Shown piece by piece: positions 58,257-64,000 of a stretch of 64,000 nt of DNA (its first letter is position 1; every line of letters starts with the position of its first letter). The DNA lies in NCBI GenBank assembly GCA_043779525.1, contig JAYWED010000031.1:4240-68239 (forward strand), given 5' to 3'. Under the pieces are notes generated by a model, which had not been told where the DNA came from, did not search any database, and saw only the letters and a program-made list of their open reading frames with translations. Source of the stretch: Candidatus Eiseniibacteriota bacterium (lineage in GTDB: Bacteria; Eisenbacteria; RBG-16-71-46; SZUA-252). A program made the translations under genes and the position numbers.

Positions 58257-60206
58257 CTACTTCGTGCCCGCCCCGCCCGGTTTCGTTGCCGTGCCCGGTT
58301 TCGTTGCCGTGCCCGGTTTCGGAGACGCGCCCTGCTTTGGAGACGCGCTCTGTGCCGACGCCTTGGATCCAGCGCTCGCTTTCAGCGCCTTCTGCTCTTC
58401 GTATTTACGAATCAGCCCGAGACCCCTCGCGGCGTCCTGGTTGTTCGGATCGATGTCGATCGCCCTGTTGAATTCCGACTTGGCGCGCGCGACGTCCCCG
58501 CTGTTCGAATACGCCTGCGCGAGCCAGATGTGCCCCTGGAGGTTGTCCGGCTCGAACTGGGCCGCCCGTTCCAGAGGCGGGATCGCGTCTCCCCAGTTTT
58601 TCTGGAGCAGGTAGACGACCCCGAGTCCACGGTACGCCTCGGCGTTCACGGAATCGGCCGCGATCGCGGCCTGATACATCTCCTGGGCCTCGGGCAAGGA
58701 GTCCAGCGAGGTCAGAGTCTGCGCGATCCAGATGCGGGGGCGATTGTCCTTGGGATTCACGTCCAGGGCGTGCCGCAAGTACACGATGCCCTCGTTGGGC
58801 TGCTTGACCGCGAATTTCGCCAGCCCGATGTTCATGAGCGCGGACAGGAAATTAGGATCCGAGCGGAGCGCGGCTTCGAAGTACGGAATGGCGCCGGCGA
58901 AGTCCTTGCGAGCGAAGTACAGGAAACCGAGCTGGAAGTTGGCGTCCTTGGTCAGCGTGGAATCCATCTGGACGGCGTGAAGGAGCTGCGGAACGGCCTT
59001 GGATGAGTCCTTGTTGGCGACGTACATGGTGCCGAGCCGAAGATGATCCTCGGCGGTCATGAGCGTATCCGCGCACTGCGCATACTGGTCGTAGTACTTG
59101 AGGGCGTTCTCCAGATCCGGCGTCGGGCGCCGCTCGAAGTAGAGCTTCCCGAGCGCGCCGGCGGTCTCGCAGGACGCCGGATTCGCCTCGTACGCCTTCG
59201 TGAGCACCGGGATGGCCTTCTCGCGGTCCTCGGGGTTCTGGCTCTTCGCGAGCGCGCGCCCCAGCTCCATGTACCCCTCGGGGTCATCCGGCTTGAGCCC
59301 GATATAGATCTCGAGCTTTTCCGCCGCGTCTGCCGACCGGTTGGCGCGGAAATAGAGGCGCCCCGCCTCGAGATAGGCCAGGGCATACGTGGAATCCACC
59401 TCGATCGCCCGCATGTACGAGGCGAGCCCCGCGTTGAACTCGTTCATTCCCACGAGCGCGTGTCCCGCGAGGTAGTGGGCTTCGGGATTCTTGGGATCCA
59501 GCTCCGCGGCCTTCACGTACTCGGGGGCCGCGAGGACCGGAATCTTCTTGCGCTCGTAGAAGCCTCCGAGGTCCAGCCGCACCCGGAGATTGTTGGGATC
59601 GGTCTCGCGGGCGCGAATGAAAATCTCCTCGGCCTGCTTCAGGTCGCCCTTTCCCTCGAGCGCCAGCGCCTGGCCGTCGAGAAAGAGCGCGCGCCCCTGC
59701 TTCAGGAGGGTGCCCTTGCGGAAGATCGCGAGCGCGTCGTCCCACTTCTTATCCTGAAGATATGCCTGGCCCAGGGCGTAGAGCGCCGCCGGATCCTTGG
59801 AGTCGTACTTCACCGCTTCCTGCAGCTTGGCCGTGCCTCCTTCCAGCTTGCCCCGCTTGCGGAGCAGCTTTCCGAGTCCGGTCAGGGCTTCCACGTACTT
59901 GGGCTCGATCCGGATGGCCGTCTGGTACTCGATCGCGGCGCTGTCGGGCTCGTCGAGCTTCTCCAGCGCGCTTCCGATGTAGTAATGCGGCTTGGCCCCG
60001 CCCGGATCCAGCCTCTGGGCCTGCGTGAAGAGCTCGAGCGCGCGCTTGAAGTTCTTTTGCGGGTCATTCCCGGCGGTTCCCGCGCGGTAGGCCTCGATGC
60101 CCTGCTTGATGATGTCGCCCGACTGAAGGGCGTATGCCGCCGAGGCGGCCAGGAGCAGTCCACCCGCGACGAGAGCGGGGAGGATGCGACGGACAGCGCG
60201 GTTCAC
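58257..60206 (-). CDS. Secreted TPR-repeat protein with Lys/Pro/Thr-rich repetitive C-terminal tail
   Basis: Signal peptide ILPALVAGGLLLAASAAYA; >10 TPR-like units (W-LG-Y-A-F-A-P consensus); tail ...KPGTATKPGTATKPGGAGTK encoded by an 18-nt tandem repeat at ~58270-58330. Confidence 0.8.
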   Translation of the reverse strand: MNRAVRRILPALVAGGLLLAASAAYALQSGDIIKQGIEAYRAGTAGNDPQKNFKRALELFTQAQRLDPGGAKPHYYIGSALEKLDEPDSAAIEYQTAIRIEPKYVEALTGLGKLLRKRGKLEGGTAKLQEAVKYDSKDPAALYALGQAYLQDKKWDDALAIFRKGTLLKQGRALFLDGQALALEGKGDLKQAEEIFIRARETDPNNLRVRLDLGGFYERKKIPVLAAPEYVKAAELDPKNPEAHYLAGHALVGMNEFNAGLASYMRAIEVDSTYALAYLEAGRLYFRANRSADAAEKLEIYIGLKPDDPEGYMELGRALAKSQNPEDREKAIPVLTKAYEANPASCETAGALGKLYFERRPTPDLENALKYYDQYAQCADTLMTAEDHLRLGTMYVANKDSSKAVPQLLHAVQMDSTLTKDANFQLGFLYFARKDFAGAIPYFEAALRSDPNFLSALMNIGLAKFAVKQPNEGIVYLRHALDVNPKDNRPRIWIAQTLTSLDSLPEAQEMYQAAIAADSVNAEAYRGLGVVYLLQKNWGDAIPPLERAAQFEPDNLQGHIWLAQAYSNSGDVARAKSEFNRAIDIDPNNQDAARGLGLIRKYEEQKALKASAGSKASAQSASPKQGASPKPGTATKPGTATKPGGAGTK

Positions 60207-61069
60207 TGTGCCTCCTCTGCGGTGCGCACGATGCGCACGGACACGGTCGCCGGCGCGTACCCGAATCGAGCGACGATCTGCTGCCCGTCCATGCCGGTGA
60301 CGAAATTCACGAAGTCGGTGGCCGTCGCGGGAGGCTTGCCTCGCGTGCAGAGCGAGATCCCGCGCAGGAGCGGGTAGGTCTTGAGCATCAAGGTCTCCCG
60401 GCCCAGCGGCGCGTAGGGGAATCCCTTTGCCGAGGAAACCCCGATCGCGCGCACTCGCTCATCCACGAATTGGCGGGAGACCAGGCCGATCGCGTCAGCG
60501 CGGGAGGCCACGAGATTCACGATCTCGGGCTCGCTCGCTTCCGCGTAGACACCGGGACCGTAGGCGGCGCCGTCGAGGAGGGCCTGCTGGACGAACTCGT
60601 AGAGCCCCAGCCGCGGCCCCGTGGTGAGCGGCACGATGGCGCCCCCCTCCCGGAATCCGAGCTTCGCCCAGTCCGTCAGGTCACCACGGTAGATCTGACC
60701 CAGCTCCGTCCGCGAGATCTGCTGCACCGGCGAGCGCTTGTTCACGATCACCGCGACCGCATCCCAGGCGAACGGAACGGCGTTCAGCCCCTCGCGCTCC
60801 ATCGCGGCCTTGATTTCGGGATCGCTCAACTCCCGGGTCAGAACCGACATGGTGACTTCATTGTTTACGAGTTGCTCCATTCCTTCCGCCGAACCGTTCG
60901 AGACGACCCGGATTTCGGCGGCCTCCGGATGCACGTCCCGAAACGCCTGGATCTCTCCTCGAAGCAACGGAACCAGATGCTCGGCGCCGGCAAGGACAAT
61001 CGGTGCGGGAAGGGTCTCGCGCGGGGGGGATGGCGACGAGCACGAGCCAAGGCACATGACGCCCAGCAT
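60203..61069 (-). CDS. PstS-family periplasmic-binding-protein-like lipoprotein (PBP superfamily)
   Basis: Lipobox MLGVMCLGSCSS; ...IRVVSNGSAEGMEQLVNNEVTMSVLTRELSDPE... matches PstS-like anion-binding fold; 4-nt overlap with TPR gene. Confidence 0.5.
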   Translation of the reverse strand: MLGVMCLGSCSSPSPPRETLPAPIVLAGAEHLVPLLRGEIQAFRDVHPEAAEIRVVSNGSAEGMEQLVNNEVTMSVLTRELSDPEIKAAMEREGLNAVPFAWDAVAVIVNKRSPVQQISRTELGQIYRGDLTDWAKLGFREGGAIVPLTTGPRLGLYEFVQQALLDGAAYGPGVYAEASEPEIVNLVASRADAIGLVSRQFVDERVRAIGVSSAKGFPYAPLGRETLMLKTYPLLRGISLCTRGKPPATATDFVNFVTGMDGQQIVARFGYAPATVSVRIVRTAEEAQ

Positions 61070-61346
61070 GACCGCCGCCCCAACCGGCCGGAGCCGCTTC
61101 GCCCGGCCTGTGGCTTTCACGATTCCAGAGTACCCACCCTGTGAGGCCGTGTCAACGCCGCCCGCGTTCCCGGGCTTCGCCCGCAACCTGCCCTAAGTAC
61201 CCCGCTTCACCGCGGTTTATTCCGCGCGCCGCTCTCCGTCCAGGAAGCCCTCACGGGATTGCCGGACCAAAAGAGGCTGGAAGTTAGTGCGGGAGGGGAA
61301 ATCCTGTCAACGGATTTTTCCCCGGAGACTTACGGACGCGGGACGG

Positions 61347-62645
61347 TCACGGACGGAGGCGGTTGAGCAGCCTCGGGAATGGAATCGTCTCCCTTAAGTG
61401 CTCGATCCCGCAGATCCAGGTCAGCGTTCGTTCGATTCCCATGCCGAAGCCCGAGTGCGGCACCGACCCGTAACGGCGCAGGTCGAGGTACCACTCGAAC
61501 GCCTCCATGGGAAGCTGGTGCTCCTCGATGCGGCCGACGAGGTTGTCGAGACTGTCCTCGCGCTGTCCCCCGCCCACGATCTCCCCGTATCCCTCCGGGG
61601 CAAGGAGATCGCAGGAGAGGCTCAGCCGCTCGTCCCTGGGATCACGCTTCATGTAGAACGCCTTCACGGCGGCGGGAAAGCGGTGAACGAAGAACGGACG
61701 GTCGTAGGATTCCGTGAGCGCCGTCTCGTCCGCGGCGCCGAAGTCGGCGCCCCACTCGAAGGGAAGTCCCCTTTCTTTCAGGGCGCGGGCCGCGTCGTCG
61801 TACGAGAGGCGCGGGAAGGGTGCGCGCACCCGATCGAGGTGCGAGGTGTCCCGCTCCAATATCTTCAGCTCCTCGCGGCGCTCCTCGAGCACGCGCCCGA
61901 CGATCCCCTCGACGAAGCGCTCGATCAAGCCCATCACGTCGTCGAGGGTGGCGAACGCCACCTCGGGCTCCACCATCCAGAATTCGATCAGATGTCTCCG
62001 CGTCTTGGACTTTTCCGCCCGGAACGTCGGACCGAAGCAGTACGTCTTGCCGAAGGCCATCGCGGTGGCCTCGTTGTAGAGTTGCCCGCTCTGCGTCAGG
62101 TACGCCTTCTCGTCGAAGTACTCGGTCTCGAAGAGGGTCGTGGTCCCCTCGCACGCCGCCGGCGTGAAGATGGGAGCGTCGGCGAGAATGAATCCGTCCG
62201 CGTTCAGCCAGTCGCGGCATGCCTGCACGAGCGTATGGCGCACCTTGAGAATCGCGGCCTGCCGGTGGGAACGGATCCAGAGGTGGCGCCTGTCCAGGAG
62301 GAAGGAGGGGCCGTGTTCCTTGGGCGTGATCGGGAACTCGACACTCGTCCCCACGATCTCGATGTCCCGGAGCGAGAGTTCCACGCCGCTCGGCGCCCGC
62401 TTGTCTTCGCGCACCACTCCGGTCACACGGAGCGACGTCTCCTGCGTGGTCGTGGCGCACTTCGCGAAGACCTCCTCGGGAAGCTCGGCCTGCACGGCCA
62501 CGCACTGCACGGTTCCGCTTCCGTCGCGCACGAGGAGGAATTCGAGCTTTCCGCTCGAGCGGCGGTTGTAGAGCCAGCCCTCGAGGCGCACTTCCTCGCC
62601 GATTCGATTCCGAAGCGCCCCGATGCGGGTCACCGAGCCGTTCAT
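61347..62645 (-). CDS. asnS: Asparagine--tRNA ligase (class IIb)
   Basis: N-terminal OB anticodon-binding domain ([26 protein letters not shown]); class II motifs FRAE, ...[19 protein letters not shown]... Confidence 0.85.
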   Translation of the reverse strand: MNGSVTRIGALRNRIGEEVRLEGWLYNRRSSGKLEFLLVRDGSGTVQCVAVQAELPEEVFAKCATTTQETSLRVTGVVREDKRAPSGVELSLRDIEIVGTSVEFPITPKEHGPSFLLDRRHLWIRSHRQAAILKVRHTLVQACRDWLNADGFILADAPIFTPAACEGTTTLFETEYFDEKAYLTQSGQLYNEATAMAFGKTYCFGPTFRAEKSKTRRHLIEFWMVEPEVAFATLDDVMGLIERFVEGIVGRVLEERREELKILERDTSHLDRVRAPFPRLSYDDAARALKERGLPFEWGADFGAADETALTESYDRPFFVHRFPAAVKAFYMKRDPRDERLSLSCDLLAPEGYGEIVGGGQREDSLDNLVGRIEEHQLPMEAFEWYLDLRRYGSVPHSGFGMGIERTLTWICGIEHLRETIPFPRLLNRLRP

Positions 62646-62720
62646 GTCGGATCCTCCGATCAATGCCTGACGAATGCTCTCGTTCGCGGCAGAGGATAGC
62701 ATGCCGGGGGGACATTTCCC

Positions 62721-62748
62721 TTGACACTAACGCCTCCACGCACATAAG
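62721..62748 (+). promoter_or_regulatory. Candidate sigma70-type promoter TTGACA-N16-CATAAG upstream of the plus-strand TPR gene
   Basis: ttcccTTGACActaacgcctccacgcaCATAAGttgcggtcGTG; divergent from asnS. Confidence 0.2.
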
Positions 62749-62756
62749 TTGCGGTC

Positions 62757-64000
62757 GTGGCGCACCTCTCGCCCTCGAGACATCGACGCGCATCGATTCA
62801 CGCGCTCCTTCCCGCGGCGGCGGCGCTCATCACGCTCGCCTCGCTAGCTCCCATCGATCCCGTCTCGGCTCCCCGCGCCTTCGCATCCGCCGGCACCGAA
62901 GCGGTGCAGCAGGAACTGGAGCGCATGCGCGACGCGGGACAGATTCGCGCACTCGCCCCCGCGCAGGCCCGCTATCGCGAGGCCCTCCTGGCGCTCCGCG
63001 CGGGCAACGCCGACGAGGGGCAGCGGCTTCTCTCCGCCGCGGCGGAATTCGATCCCGCATATCCCGATCCCCATTTCACGCTGGCCCGGGAGCTGGCCTT
63101 CCGGAATCCGGGGCGCGCGATCGGGGAGCTGGGCGAGGCGTCCCGGATCGTGGGGCGGAACTATACCTGGCAACGCTATCTGCTCGCGAACACGGTAACC
63201 GGGTTCCTGGTCGTGTGGATCCTGAGTCTCCTCTTCGCGGTCGTGGGCATCACGCTTCGGCATCTGCCCCACCTGATCCACGTCGTCACCGAGCTCACCG
63301 GCCGCTCGAAGGGATCCCTGGCGAACGCGGGCGCGACCCTGATCGCCCTCTCGCCCCTGCTCTGGGGACTAGGTCCCATTCCCACGGCGACGGTCTACGC
63401 GGGGCTCCTCTCGTTCCGCATCGGGCGGCGCGAGGCGTTCCTCGTGGGTCTGTTCGTCGTCTCATCGATCGCGCTCGTCACGACGGCGGCGATGGTGGCC
63501 CCGTGGGCCGGACCGCCGAGTCTCGAGGAGCCGAGCCTTCTCGTGGACCGGGCGCTCCATGCCGGCGCCGACGCCGAGGTCCAGGGCGCGCTCCAGGCGC
63601 TCGCCATGCGCGACCCCTCCGAGCCGCTCTATCCCTTCACGCTGGGCACCCTCGCGAGGCGCGAGGGGGACTTCGACGCGGCGGAGCGGCAGCTCACCCA
63701 GGCGGAAGCGCTGCGGCCGGGCTCGGTCTGGGCCCTGGTGAATCTCGGAAACGTGTATTTCGCGCGCGAGGACTATGTCCACGCGCGCGAATCATACGAA
63801 GCCGCCGCGAAGGCGGCGCCTCAGGCAGCCGAGCCGCATTTCAACCTCGCGCAGACCTACACCAAGCAGCTCATGTTCACCGAAGCCAACCGGGAGCAAT
63901 CGACGGCTACCTCGCTTGCATTCGATCGGGTCCGCGACATGTCGCGGATCAGCGCGCCCCAGCTGAACCGGACCGTCATGGAGGCAATGCCGCCCATCGA
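62757..64000 (+). CDS. TPR-repeat protein with N-terminal signal peptide and central transmembrane segments, 3'-truncated by window end (absent from ORF track: no stop in window)
   Basis: Stop-free frame from in-frame TAA at 62745-62747 to window end; GTG start; signal-like HALLPAAAALITLASLAPIDPVSAPRAFA; TM block GFLVVWILSLLFAVVGITL...; TPR-like ...WALVNLGNVYFAREDYVHAREIYEAAAKAAPQAAEPHFNLAQTY. Confidence 0.55.
   Translation, partial: MAHLSPSRHRRASIHALLPAAAALITLASLAPIDPVSAPRAFASAGTEAVQQELERMRDAGQIRALAPAQARYREALLALRAGNADEGQRLLSAAAEFDPAYPDPHFTLARELAFRNPGRAIGELGEASRIVGRNYTWQRYLLANTVTGFLVVWILSLLFAVVGITLRHLPHLIHVVTELTGRSKGSLANAGATLIALSPLLWGLGPIPTATVYAGLLSFRIGRREAFLVGLFVVSSIALVTTAAMVAPWAGPPSLEEPSLLVDRALHAGADAEVQGALQALAMRDPSEPLYPFTLGTLARREGDFDAAERQLTQAEALRPGSVWALVNLGNVYFAREDYVHARESYEAAAKAAPQAAEPHFNLAQTYTKQLMFTEANREQSTATSLAFDRVRDMSRISAPQLNRTVMEAMPPI

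Overview
High-GC (~68-70%) bacterial chromosomal segment with strong strand bias: about 57 of 59 protein genes lie on the minus strand. It is mostly housekeeping: secA (5' part), the purN-purC-purH-guaA operon, comEC, glgC/glgD-like pair, rnr, IHF/HU, sppA, gpmI, csp, the gcvT-H-PA-PB operon, uvrA, an amino-acid ABC transporter, a MacAB/TolC-type efflux system, two tandem ExbB-ExbD-ExbD-TonB modules and asnS. No tRNA, rRNA, CRISPR array, IS element or integrase was recognised. A FlgD-Ig/T9SS-type C-terminal sorting domain on a secreted M6 metalloprotease and a PorV/FadL-like outer-membrane barrel suggest an FCB-group organism, most likely Gemmatimonadota-like. The supplied ORF track is dominated by long antisense ORFs typical of high-GC DNA. 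It also misses both edge-truncated genes (secA at 1-651, a TPR membrane protein at 62757-64000) and a 31-aa bS22-like ribosomal protein ORF at 23986-24081. The most notable observations are below.
- Uncharacterised operon: a tightly packed, co-directional block of eight uncharacterised genes (29022-36192) lies between the glycine-cleavage operon and a lipoate-ligase-like gene. It encodes a GlmL-like ASKHA ATPase, a 376-aa partner and six membrane proteins.
- Ton duplication: the tandem Ton energizer modules differ in base composition, and the first is headed by a STAS-domain gene.
- Phosphatase fusion: a PP2C-like domain is fused through a TM segment to PEGA repeats (13954-16119).
- comEC: the gene shows an apparent frameshift near 13180-13300.
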